A stretch of 53,992 nucleotides of DNA, the filler included, from Nitrospinota bacterium (GTDB taxonomy: Bacteria > JAUXIQ01), in NCBI GenBank assembly GCA_030620925.1. It is 12 parts of 12 records of this genome, joined end to end, with 100 filler letters (N's around TTAATTAATTAA, not from the genome) between each part and the next. Parts side by side here need not be neighbours in the genome. Positions count along the whole stretch, not along the records: positions 20,162 to 24,234 come from JAUXIQ010000258.1; positions 24,335 to 27,242 come from JAUXIQ010000388.1; positions 27,343 to 30,797 come from JAUXIQ010000314.1; 9 more parts are not named here. One strand, 5' to 3'. Below the pieces are notes generated by a model that saw only the letters and a program-made list of their open reading frames with translations, ran no database searches and had not been told where the DNA came from. This document shows, one piece after another, positions 20,062 through 29,442 of this stretch (positions are counted from its first letter, which is position 1; every line of letters starts with the position of its first letter). The translations under genes and the position numbers were made by a program.

Positions 20062-20289
20062 NNNNNNNNNNNNNNNNNNNNNNNNNNNNNNNNNNNNNNN
20101 NNNNNTTAATTAATTAANNNNNNNNNNNNNNNNNNNNNNNNNNNNNNNNNNNNNNNNNNNNATGCGCGAGAAAGGGGTCCACGGAACACCCATCTTCGAA
20201 GGCTAGCGTTATCCGGCCAATGACTTCCGGCGGCGGACGCTGCATAGTCTATAGGCGTACATTCCCAAAAGGTGTAGGAGGGAGTTGGA

Positions 20290-20313
20290 GCCCCGCGGGG
20301 GGCGGGGTTTTTT
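20290..20313 (+). terminator. Intrinsic terminator-like hairpin just upstream of the CDF gene
   Basis: GCCCCGC-GGGG-GCGGGGT followed by TTTTT. Confidence 0.55.
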
Positions 20314-20330
20314 CTAAAAACGTTCCCTCA

Positions 20331-21266
20331 ATGATAGAAAAAATGGTCCATTCCCATCGGCCGGTTCCGGCGCATAAACATCACGAGGGCGAATTCCACC
20401 AGGTGGAGGAATACCGCTCCGTGGAGCGGGGGAAGCTCAAGCTGACCATGATCATCACCGGTGTGGTGATGATTATAGAAGTGGCGGGCGGAATATACAC
20501 CAACAGCCTGGCCCTTCTGAGCGACGCCGGGCACATGTTCACCCACTTCGTGGCCCTGGGCATCGCCCTGTTAGCCATAATCATCGCCGGAAGGGAAGCC
20601 GGCCGCCACCGCACCTTCGGCCTCTACCGGGTGGAGATACTGGCCGCCCTGTTCAACAGCCTGTTCCTGTTCGGGGTAACCGTCTTCATCTTCAAGGAGG
20701 GAGTGGAGAGGCTCCTGGCCCCGGAGCCCATCATGGGGCTCCAGACCTTCTACGTGGCCCTGGCGGGCCTGTGCGTGAACCTGGTCAGCGCCTGGATACT
20801 CTACGGCACCAGCAGGCAGGACCTCAACGTGCGCGGCGCATTCCTGCACATGCTGGCGGATACCTTCTCATCCATGGCGATCATAGTCGGCGCCGTCATA
20901 ATTTTCTACACGGACTGGTTCGTAGTGGACGCCCTCCTGAGCATAGGCATCTCCTGCGTGATCTTCGTGTGGGCCTGGGGCCTGTTCAGGGATTCCATAA
21001 ACGTACTGCTGGAGGCCGCCCCCAGGGGCATGGACTCGGAGGAGATAAGCAACAGGCTCATGGAGACAATCAAAGAAATAGAAGGCATCGAAGACATACA
21101 CATCTGGGAGATCACCTCCAACATGTACTCCCTGTCCGCACACATCAGAGTAGACGGCAACATGGACCTGGCTGCCAGCGGGGAGCTGCTCTCGCGGATC
21201 AACCGGCTCCTGGACGAGGAATACGACATCCATCACACCACCCTTCAGCTAATCCACAAAAAATAA
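20331..21266 (+). CDS. Cation diffusion facilitator (Zn/Co/Cd, CzcD/ZitB-like)
   Basis: His-rich N-terminus, SLALLSDAGHMFTH, TFGLYRVEILAA, NVRGAFLHMLAD, HIWEIT, HHTTLQ. Confidence 0.93.
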   Translation: MIEKMVHSHRPVPAHKHHEGEFHQVEEYRSVERGKLKLTMIITGVVMIIEVAGGIYTNSLALLSDAGHMFTHFVALGIALLAIIIAGREAGRHRTFGLYRVEILAALFNSLFLFGVTVFIFKEGVERLLAPEPIMGLQTFYVALAGLCVNLVSAWILYGTSRQDLNVRGAFLHMLADTFSSMAIIVGAVIIFYTDWFVVDALLSIGISCVIFVWAWGLFRDSINVLLEAAPRGMDSEEISNRLMETIKEIEGIEDIHIWEITSNMYSLSAHIRVDGNMDLAASGELLSRINRLLDEEYDIHHTTLQLIHKK

Positions 21267-21490
21267 CCCCTCTAAATAGTTAATAGGGGCGGCATCCTGT
21301 CGCAATCAATCCTTAATATTCACCCCCACCATATTCCTCCCACATCCCTGCCCCGCGAAAGGCGGGGTCAAAGGGGAGGAAATCAAATGCAACAGCATTC
21401 AGAACTCCCTAACTCATATGAATACTCGATACGCTTAATATGCAAGGTTTAATACCAGGCGGGAAATGAAAAATACCAGAGGACTATCGT

Positions 21491-21901
21491 TTATATCCGG
21501 CGGGCGCTGCCGTTGATATAAGAGACTATTTCCGCCGTGGGCGTTCCCGGCAAGAACACCTTCGTCACCCCCGCCTCCTTGAGGCCGGGAATATCCTCCT
21601 TGAGGATACAGCCTCCGGCGACAACCATTATGTCTTCGGCACCCTTCTCCTTCAGCAGGTTCGTTATCCGAGGCAGCATAATGTGGTAAGGCCCGCAGAG
21701 GGTGCTTATGCCCAGCACGTCCACATCTTCCTGTATGGCCGTCTCCACTACCTCCTGAGGGGTGAGGTTATTCAACAGGAGGATGACCTCCATGCCGCCG
21801 TTGCGCAGGGCGGTAGCCACCACCTTGGCGCCGCGGTTGTGGCGGTCCAGGCTCACCTTGGTTATGAGCACGCGTATCTTCTTATCTTTCATCATAGACA
21901 C
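21491..21901 (-). CDS. Cobalamin-binding small subunit of an acyl-CoA mutase
   Basis: DRHNRG (DxHxxG), QEDVDVLGISTL, VVAGG, FLPGT. Confidence 0.92.
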   Translation of the reverse strand: MSMMKDKKIRVLITKVSLDRHNRGAKVVATALRNGGMEVILLLNNLTPQEVVETAIQEDVDVLGISTLCGPYHIMLPRITNLLKEKGAEDIMVVAGGCILKEDIPGLKEAGVTKVFLPGTPTAEIVSYINGSARRI

Positions 21902-21966
21902 AAAAGTTTTTGGATGGGGTCTGAAGCTCCGCTCTCAGCGGGGTTGCAAAAAGTTTCCCCCGAACT

Positions 21967-23619
21967 TTACACCCCACCCATGTGCCCCAGGACGTCGTTC
22001 ATCTCGCCCACGGTGCAGTAGTTCGCCGCGCCCTCCATGAGATAGGGCATCACGTTATCTTTGCCTTTCATCACGTTCTCTATCTTCTGCAGGCAGTCTT
22101 TAACTTTGGCGTCATCCCGCCTGCGGCGGACCTCCCGGAGGCGCTCAAGCTGTTTCTTCTCAAACTCGGGGTCCACCTTGAAAACCTCCATGGGGAACTC
22201 TTCCGCCTCGTCGTCCACCTGGTAGCAGTTAACGCCCACTATCTTCCGCTCCCCGCTCTCAACCTCCTCGTTATACCTGAAGGAAGCGTTGGCCACCTCC
22301 TGGTGCATCCATTCCAGCGCGTTGAGCGGCCCTCCATTATCCTCTATGCGCTTCAGATACTCGCTGATGCGCTTCTCCATCTCGTTGGTCATAGCTTCCA
22401 CGTAGTAGGAGCCGCCCAGGGGGTCTACGGTATTGCACACGCCCGATTCATGGGCGATTATCTGCTGCGTGCGGACGGCCAGGCGGGCGGCCTTCTCCGT
22501 GGGTATGGCCACCGCTTCATCGTAGGAATTGGTGTGCAGTGCGTTGCACCCTGATAACACCGCCGCCAGTGCCTGCAGGGTAGTGCGCACGATATTGTTC
22601 TCCGGCTGCTGAAGGGTTAAGGTGCAGCCCGCAGTCTGTGTGGCGAAGCGGAAGCGCCACGAGCGGGGATCCTTCGCTCCGTATTTTTCTTTCATGAGGC
22701 GGGCCCACAGCCTGCGGGCGGCCCTGAACTTGGCGACTTCTTCGAAGAGGTCGCTGTGAGCCTCAGTGAAGAAGGTAATCCGCGGGGCAAAGCTGTCTAT
22801 ATCCGCGCCCCGCTCCAGCAGCGCCTCGATGTATCCCATGGCCAGGGCGAAGGCGAAGGCTATCTCTTGGACGGCGGTAGCGCCCGATTCGCGGATGGAA
22901 TGAGAGGTGACGTAGGTGGTGTTGAATTTAGGCGCCTTCTCCGCACAAAAGAGGATGGAATCGGCGACAACCCTCAAGGCGTTCTCGACGACCTCCTTCT
23001 TGAACACGTATGTATACCCGCAGACGTGGCGGGTGAGCACGTCGTGGGTGATGGTGCCGGTGAGTTTTTCCAGGGGCACGCCGCGCTTCCGGGCCATGGC
23101 CAGGTACATGGAAAAGACCACGTCGCCGGTGATGAGGGTGGAGCTGACCTGTTCGATGGGGATTTCCCGGAAGAGTATCTCCATATCCTCGATGGTATCC
23201 ACCGCTGCGCCTTCTTTGCCCACGGCGCCTTCGGCAAGTGGGTGGTCGGAGTCGTAGCCCCGGTTGGTGGGTATATCGAAGACGATGTTTACGCCCCGGT
23301 CGCCCTGTTCGAAAAGGTAGTCCAGCCTCTGTTTGGTCTCCTCGGCCCTGCCGTAGCCGAGTATCTGGCGGATGGTCCAGTGTTGGCCGAGATATGAAGA
23401 GGCGAACACGCTGCGGGTGTAAGGATACTCGCCGGGGAACCCCAGATCCTGCTCATAGGTGTTCTGTTCAATGTCCCTGGGGGTATAGAGAGGTTTGATG
23501 GGAATGTCCGAAGAGTTCTTGTTGCTCCCTCCCCCGCCGTCAGGACGGTCGTTGATGTTGCGCTCAAATTTCTCTTCCCACTCCCTTAGCTCGCCGTCGA
23601 AATTTCCCTCGGTCCTCAT
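21967..23619 (-). CDS. Methylmalonyl-CoA mutase family, large (substrate-binding) subunit, divergent
   Basis: PGEYPYTR, WTIRQ, FDIPT..GYDSD, FEEVAKFRAARRLW, QQPENNIVRT, LHTNSYDEA, DPLGGSYYVE, IVGVN. Confidence 0.93.
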   Translation of the reverse strand: MRTEGNFDGELREWEEKFERNINDRPDGGGGSNKNSSDIPIKPLYTPRDIEQNTYEQDLGFPGEYPYTRSVFASSYLGQHWTIRQILGYGRAEETKQRLDYLFEQGDRGVNIVFDIPTNRGYDSDHPLAEGAVGKEGAAVDTIEDMEILFREIPIEQVSSTLITGDVVFSMYLAMARKRGVPLEKLTGTITHDVLTRHVCGYTYVFKKEVVENALRVVADSILFCAEKAPKFNTTYVTSHSIRESGATAVQEIAFAFALAMGYIEALLERGADIDSFAPRITFFTEAHSDLFEEVAKFRAARRLWARLMKEKYGAKDPRSWRFRFATQTAGCTLTLQQPENNIVRTTLQALAAVLSGCNALHTNSYDEAVAIPTEKAARLAVRTQQIIAHESGVCNTVDPLGGSYYVEAMTNEMEKRISEYLKRIEDNGGPLNALEWMHQEVANASFRYNEEVESGERKIVGVNCYQVDDEAEEFPMEVFKVDPEFEKKQLERLREVRRRRDDAKVKDCLQKIENVMKGKDNVMPYLMEGAANYCTVGEMNDVLGHMGGV

Positions 23620-23701
23620 ATCCTCCTCCCCCTCCCATCTGTCCCTGAGCGGATATGGCCGTAAAATCAGAAAGAATACCCTCCGCCGCGGGGAACGCGT
23701 T

Positions 23702-24234
23702 TCAGTAGCTGTTCTCGTAGCCCTTGCGCAAAGCCGCCAGATTGGGCTCCAGGAAGCGGGTCTTCCCCGCCTCCGTCATATTAGCTTCCAGGGCTTTCTC
23801 GACATCTTCCAGGGAAAGCACCTCGGCGGCCTTCAGATATGCCCCCAGAAGCACAAGGTTGGATCCCTGAACGTTGCCCAGCTCCAGCGCCATGTCATTG
23901 GCAGGAACGGGAACCAGCTTTACGTCCTCCCGATCGGAGCCTTCCTTGATGATGGTGCTGTTGTAAATCAGGAAACCGTCGGGCTTCACTGATTGCTGAT
24001 ACCACTCCATGGAAATTGTGTCATGAATGATGGCCGCTACAGGTTTGGACATTATGGGCGAAAGTATCATCTCATCGGACATCACTACGTAGCAGGCGAC
24101 CCTGCCCCCCCGCATCAATGTCTCGTAGGTGGGGAACCAGCTTACGTTCTGGTATCTTCCCGTGGCGGCCTCCCCCAGGAGCTGCCCTATGGTCACCACG
24201 CCCTGCCCGCCGTAACCGGCCATGAGCACCTCGG
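23702..24234 (-). CDS. 2-oxoacid:acceptor oxidoreductase gamma subunit (extreme 5' end cut)
   Basis: AGYGGQGV, WFPTY....RGG, SNLVLLGA, NLAALRKG. Confidence 0.9.
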
Positions 24235-24334
24235 NNNNNNNNNNNNNNNNNNNNNNNNNNNNNNNNNNNNNNNNNNNNTTAATTAATTAANNNNNNNNNN
24301 NNNNNNNNNNNNNNNNNNNNNNNNNNNNNNNNNN

Positions 24335-25073
24335 CGGGGTCGTTGGGGTCGATGGCCAGTAGGGCCTTTTTAATCCATTTCACCACATCAGGGGGGGTGT
24401 CTTTTCTGACTACTATGGGGACGCCGGGTATGGGGTCAGAGTATAAGATAAACCTCAGTCCCTTCTGTTTGTACTTGTAGGCTGTTACATCTTATACCTC
24501 TCCGGCGTCAAACTCCCCTTTGAGCACCGCCCTGGCCACGGAGTCGTGGTGCGCCAGGTTTATATACTGTTTCAAATCTTTTAGATGAATGCCCGCCTTG
24601 GCGATATAATAGCGGGGGAACAGATTGCCGGAGGTGGATTTTATGGAAGCGAAAGCGAAGGATTTTCCTTTCAGGTCCTTGAGTTGCTTTATTTTGCTGT
24701 CTTTGCGCACGATGGTGATGCTTCTATAGAACGCCCCTCCCTCCCCGTTCAGGGGCCTGAGTATGGGCACTGCTCCGAATTTTTTGTGTGCCTCCAGGTA
24801 AGTGACCGCCCCCAAAGAGGCGACGTCCACCTTGCCTTCGGCCAGAAAGTTGAGAGTATCGGTGTAAGTCCTGCCCAGCTTCAGCTCGAATTTGTAGGGG
24901 GTGCTCTCCGAAAGGTAGTCCATGATGGGCTGATAATTCTGGTACATGATCCTGGGGTTATACCGGGAAATTACGCCGATTCTTACTACCCGCTCCTTCT
25001 CCGAGGTCAGCGAAAAACCGGGGAAGAAAAGGCTGATGGCGCATACTGCTGCAAGCGTTTTTAGAATCCTCAT
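24335..25073 (-). CDS. PhnD/SsuA-type periplasmic substrate-binding protein, with an in-frame TAA at 24492-24494 and 3' truncated
   Basis: Signal peptide, YRSITIVRKDS, DLKGKSFAF...STSG, HDSVARAV..GEFDAG; family-like sequence (SDPIPGVPIVVRKD..KKALL) continues in frame past the stop. Confidence 0.82.
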
Positions 25074-25435
25074 ACCTCACCACCTAGATTTACGCGATAA
25101 AAATTTTTTAGTGTGTAAGTCTGGGCACGATTGTTTTTCAGTGAGCGAATGAGGGCAGGGGCTTAATGTTCGAAAAGAACCTTAATCTTATAGATGGAAT
25201 AAATCTCATTATACTTGTTTGCTATAGATAATAGTCAACAATATAACGGATTTTTTCTTCCTTCGCAAGCGAATGGTAAACCGTTGTGCGGCATGGTAAG
25301 TATATAGTCGTTCCCTTAAAAAAGGCGGTATTGTTACGGTGAATAGTAGCGGCCGTGCCAATTTTGATTTTGGGTAAACCTGCTTTCCTTGGCGGCGAGG
25401 AAAACCGGAAAAACCTTTCTTTCAAATATTCACAT

Positions 25436-26137
25436 CTATTTGACGAGGACTAAGGGGTCCTCCAGGGGGAGGGGACCGCTGGTCACGAAGCCGATCCCGT
25501 ACTTTACGCGTATCATGCGGCCGAAGTGCCGTGCCATACCCTCTATGAAGTGAATGGCGTCATATTTCTTTGTCTGGGGATTATAGAACTGGGACCGGTG
25601 AGCCTTGACGGCGTCCATCCAGCCTTTTATGTAATCGGTGACGTCCACCACAAAGGTGGGCAGCACGTCCAGAGGCATAAAATAGTGAAGTATCCGGTTG
25701 ACCGCGTGGGGCTCTCCGTCGACGGGGAGTTTGGGCAGGTGGGCGAAGTTGGCCCCGTGGAGGACCATGTTGCCGCAGGCGAGGTGGTCTGAATGGCCCA
25801 AACCTCGCCCGGGAGTGCCTGTCCAGTATGGGCCCAGCAGGATTTTGGGTCTCACCCGCCGCAGCGCTTCTGCTACCTTGAGGCGGCTCTGGTAGTCGTC
25901 GGTAACCTGGCAGTCCTTAAAACCGAGGACTTCGACGTGATCCAGGCCCATGACTTTTGCCGCCCGGTCGATCTCTTTGGCCCTCGTCTTGGCGTCGCCC
26001 CTGGAGCCCATCTCCCCCAAGGTGAGGTGTATGACGCCGGTTCGGTAGCCCATGTCTTTCATCTTGACCAGTAGACCGCCGCACCCGATCTCCGCGTCGT
26101 CGGGGTGAGCTCCTATGGCCAGTATATCCAGTTCCAT
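25436..26137 (-). CDS. bshB1: PIG-L family deacetylase, BshB1-like
   Basis: AIGAHPDDAEIGCGG, LTLGEMGSRG, HSDH, AHRSQF. Confidence 0.75.
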   Translation of the reverse strand: MELDILAIGAHPDDAEIGCGGLLVKMKDMGYRTGVIHLTLGEMGSRGDAKTRAKEIDRAAKVMGLDHVEVLGFKDCQVTDDYQSRLKVAEALRRVRPKILLGPYWTGTPGRGLGHSDHLACGNMVLHGANFAHLPKLPVDGEPHAVNRILHYFMPLDVLPTFVVDVTDYIKGWMDAVKAHRSQFYNPQTKKYDAIHFIEGMARHFGRMIRVKYGIGFVTSGPLPLEDPLVLVK

Positions 26138-26169
26138 ATATGAACGCTCTGGTGGTTTGTCGGTTTAAA

Positions 26170-27042
26170 TCAGGCGGCCCGCTCAGCGATCCTGAGTACC
26201 CGCTGAGCCACTTCTACGTGCAGGGCCTCTATAAGCTCTCCTTCGAGAGCGATGGTGCCCCGGCCCAATGCTTCAGCCTCCTGGTACGCTTTGATAACCT
26301 TCTGGGCATATTCTATTTCTTCCTGAGAGGGGGAGAAAATGCGGTTCACCGGCTCTATCTGCGAGGGGTGAATGACGCAGCGACCGTCGAACCCGAGGTC
26401 GCGAACCATCTCCGTGGTTTCCACCAGGCCCTCTTCATCCTTAATGTTAAAGTAGGGCGTGTCTATTGCGTCGATACCCGCCACCCTGGCGGCCAATACC
26501 ATCTGAGTCAGTACGAACAGGGCTTCACTGCGCCCCCTGGTTATGCGGCCCCCGGTTTCTTTCATAAAGTCGGCGGCGCCGAAGCAGAGTGCGGTGGCCC
26601 GTGCCGAGCAGTTTGCTATGGCTGGGAGGTTGAGGACGGCAGCCGGCGTCTCCACCATTACCATGAGCTTGATTTCATCCTGGGGAAAGTCATGCTTATT
26701 TTCAAGGTGGGCCACGATACTATCCACCTCCAGCATCTCCGCCGGGCCGTTTACCTTGGGGATGAGAATGGAGTCGGGGCGGCCCTCCACGATGGTTTCC
26801 AGGTCCGCATGGCCGAACTCGGTGATGAGTCCGTTTATGCGGACGATCTTCTCCTTGTCTCCGAAGTCGACTGTTTTGAGCGCGTCTAACACTTGGTTGC
26901 GGGCCTCTTCTTTCTGAGAAAGGGCCACGCCGTCTTCAAGGTCGAGGACGAGGGCGTCTGCGTCCAGACCGATGGACTTACCCAGCATCTTTTCGCTGGA
27001 ACCGGGTACGTAGAGCACGCTTCGTCTTAATTTTCTTTCCAT
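26170..27042 (-). CDS. CitE/HpcH family CoA-ester lyase (citryl-/malyl-/citramalyl-CoA lyase-like)
   Basis: RRSVLYVPG, LDLEDGV, VRIN, PKV, VETP, FGAADF, IDTP, IHPSQI; alternative start at 27057. Confidence 0.9.
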   Translation of the reverse strand: MERKLRRSVLYVPGSSEKMLGKSIGLDADALVLDLEDGVALSQKEEARNQVLDALKTVDFGDKEKIVRINGLITEFGHADLETIVEGRPDSILIPKVNGPAEMLEVDSIVAHLENKHDFPQDEIKLMVMVETPAAVLNLPAIANCSARATALCFGAADFMKETGGRITRGRSEALFVLTQMVLAARVAGIDAIDTPYFNIKDEEGLVETTEMVRDLGFDGRCVIHPSQIEPVNRIFSPSQEEIEYAQKVIKAYQEAEALGRGTIALEGELIEALHVEVAQRVLRIAERAA

Positions 27043-27159
27043 AATGTCGCCTTTCATCGGTGGGTTGAGCTTAAGGCAGAAAAATTTTATCTAATACCTG
27101 GCGGCATCTAAACCCCGAACAGACGGAGCCCGTACACACCAATAAAGCTTATCTCCTGA

Positions 27160-27242
27160 TTACAGAGTGATTATCTTCTCCTTTTCGACGACGTCTCGAG
27201 TGGCGTTTCTGGTATCCACCACCAGGTGCGACTCGGCTACTA
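27160..27242 (-). CDS. C-terminal fragment of a nucleotide-sugar dehydrogenase (WecC/WbpA-like)
   Basis: Manual translation VAESHLVVDTRNATRDVVEKEKIITL*; VVDTRN motif. Confidence 0.6.
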
Positions 27243-27342
27243 NNNNNNNNNNNNNNNNNNNNNNNNNNNNNNNNNNNNNNNNNNNNTTAATTAATTAANN
27301 NNNNNNNNNNNNNNNNNNNNNNNNNNNNNNNNNNNNNNNNNN

Positions 27343-27465
27343 CTCTCCGGTGCGGGCAAGGACACCGACCTGGAGAATGAACAGCGGGAATTCTTCACCG
27401 AAATGGGGGCGGATATTGTGATCTCCGACATAGAGGAGCTGCCTCCCCTGGTGAAACTGGATTAG
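27343..27465 (+). CDS. C-terminal fragment, probably a HAD-family hydrolase
   Basis: LSGAG...GADIVISDIEELPPLVKLD*. Confidence 0.4.
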   Translation, partial: LSGAGKDTDLENEQREFFTEMGADIVISDIEELPPLVKLD

Positions 27466-27471
27466 ATAAAA

Positions 27472-28806
27472 ATGGAGACTAACGACAACATTCAGGCCAG
27501 GATACTGAAAGGCACCAGGGATTTCCTACCCGTACAGATGCTTCAGCGGGACTACGTTGTGAACACCCTGGTGGAGGTTTTCCAGAGATACGGCCTCGAG
27601 CCTCTCACCACACCCGCCATCGAGTATATGGAAGTGCTCACCAGGAAGTACGGCGAGGAAGGAGAGAAGCTCATTTACCGGCTGGCCTACAAGGGGGGTG
27701 ACGTGCTGGCGCTTCGCTACGACCTCACCATACCCCTGTGCCGCGTCTACGCCATGCACGCCAAAAGCCTTCCAAAACCCTTCAAACGATATCAGATACA
27801 ACCGGTCTGGAGGGCCGACAGGCCGCAGAAGGGCCGTTTGCGGGAGTTCTACCAGTGCGATTTCGACGTCATCGGCAGCGACGACATGGTGGTGGACGCC
27901 GAAATAATAAGTATCAACCACGATTGTATGGCGGCGCTGGGCTTCGACCGCTTCAACATACGCATAAACAACAGGAAGGTGTTGAACGCTCTCCTGGAAT
28001 ACGCAGGCATCCCACCTTCACTGGGGCCGGATGTCCTGCGGAGCGTGGACAAGCTGGATAAATCGGGCATGGAAACCGTCACGACAGAGCTTGAAAAACT
28101 GGAGTTAAGCGAGACTTCGATCAACACCTTCATACCCTTTCTGAGTATGAAGGGAGACCCGGAGGAGGTGCTGAGGGAGCTGAGAGGCATCCTCAAAGAA
28201 ACTCCGGCGGGAGTGGATAGCCTGGCGGAGATGGAATCCCTCTTCGGCCACCTCAAAGATTTCTCCCTACCCGGAGAGCGCTACTCCTGGGACGTCAGCC
28301 TGGCCCGCGGCCTCGACTATTACACCGGCCCCATCTACGAGACCGTGGTAGAGGAACCCAACGTGGGAAGCCTCTCCGGGGGCGGACGATACGATAAACT
28401 GGTGGGGGAATTCACCGGAGAGGACACCCCGGCCACCGGAGCCAGCATAGGGCTCGAACGCATAATCACCGTCATGGACGAGCAGAAGATGTTCCCCGAA
28501 ACCACCGCGGTGGCTCAGGTGCTGGTTGTGCATCTGGGGGAAGACTACCGCAGCCATGCGATTACCATAGCAGCGGCGCTGCGCGGGGCGGGCCTCAAGA
28601 CGGAGGTCTACTATCACCAGGACCGCCTGAAAAAACAGCTCACTTACGCCAATAAGAGGGGCATACCCTTAGTGGTCATCGCCGCTCCCGATGAGCTGAA
28701 AGAGGGAAAAGTAATAGTGAGAGACATGGCCACCGGCAAGCAGGAGACTGTCCCGGTGGAGTCCGCACCGACGCATCTTTCCGACAAGCTGTCGCCCAAA
28801 AAATAA
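27472..28806 (+). CDS. hisS: Histidine--tRNA ligase
   Basis: KGTRDFLP, LRYDLT, VWRADRPQKGRLREFYQCDFD, ARGLDYYTG, GGGRYD, GLERI. Confidence 0.98.
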   Translation: METNDNIQARILKGTRDFLPVQMLQRDYVVNTLVEVFQRYGLEPLTTPAIEYMEVLTRKYGEEGEKLIYRLAYKGGDVLALRYDLTIPLCRVYAMHAKSLPKPFKRYQIQPVWRADRPQKGRLREFYQCDFDVIGSDDMVVDAEIISINHDCMAALGFDRFNIRINNRKVLNALLEYAGIPPSLGPDVLRSVDKLDKSGMETVTTELEKLELSETSINTFIPFLSMKGDPEEVLRELRGILKETPAGVDSLAEMESLFGHLKDFSLPGERYSWDVSLARGLDYYTGPIYETVVEEPNVGSLSGGGRYDKLVGEFTGEDTPATGASIGLERIITVMDEQKMFPETTAVAQVLVVHLGEDYRSHAITIAAALRGAGLKTEVYYHQDRLKKQLTYANKRGIPLVVIAAPDELKEGKVIVRDMATGKQETVPVESAPTHLSDKLSPKK

Positions 28807-28820
28807 ACATAGGGTGGATT

Positions 28821-29432
28821 ATGTTAGCCATCATAGACTACGGCATGGGGAACCTGCGCAGCGTCCAGAAAGGCTTCCAAAAAGTGGGTTACGACGCACT
28901 GGTGACCCGCGACCCCGGCGCCATAGCCGACGCCGAGGGGGTAGTGCTGCCCGGCGTGGGCTCCTTCAGGATGTGTATGGACAACCTGCGGAACTATGGA
29001 CTCATAAAACCCATCCTGAATTCGGTGGAATCGGGTAAGCCGTTTCTGGGCATCTGCCTGGGATACCAGGTGCTGTTCACCGAGGGAGAAGAGTTCGGCC
29101 GCTGCCCGGGCCTGGGGCTGTTCGAGGGAAAAGTGGTCCGTTTCGGCCAGGGCATAAAAGTCCCCCACATGGGATGGAACCAGGTAAAAATCGCCCGCAA
29201 GCCGCCCATCCTCGAACACTTCTCAGACGGCTCATACCTGTATTTCGTGCATTCCTACTACGTGGTGCCCGAGGACGAAGGGCTCATCGCCACCACCACC
29301 GAATATTCAGTGGAGTTCGCCTCTGCCATATGGGCGGACAACCTGTTCGCCACCCAGTTCCACCCGGAAAAGAGCCAGGAGCTGGGCCTGGGTGTGCTGG
29401 AGCGTTTCGGAAAATTTTGCCAGGAGAAGTAA
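28821..29432 (+). CDS. hisH: Imidazole glycerol phosphate synthase, glutamine amidotransferase subunit
   Basis: DYGMGNL, LPGVG, GICLG, PHMGWN, YFVHSY, QFHPEKS. Confidence 0.98.
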   Translation: MLAIIDYGMGNLRSVQKGFQKVGYDALVTRDPGAIADAEGVVLPGVGSFRMCMDNLRNYGLIKPILNSVESGKPFLGICLGYQVLFTEGEEFGRCPGLGLFEGKVVRFGQGIKVPHMGWNQVKIARKPPILEHFSDGSYLYFVHSYYVVPEDEGLIATTTEYSVEFASAIWADNLFATQFHPEKSQELGLGVLERFGKFCQEK

Positions 29433-29442
29433 GAACGGCCCC

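Noticed and set aside
20162..20206. Short reading frame MREKGVHGTPIFEG*
   Set aside because: Probably the tail of a gene cut by the linker, and too short to assign.
25340..25365. Possible sigma-54 promoter (TTGGCACG, minus strand) upstream of the PhnD-like gene
   Set aside because: The -12 element reads CTAC instead of TTGC, and the site is far from the start codon.
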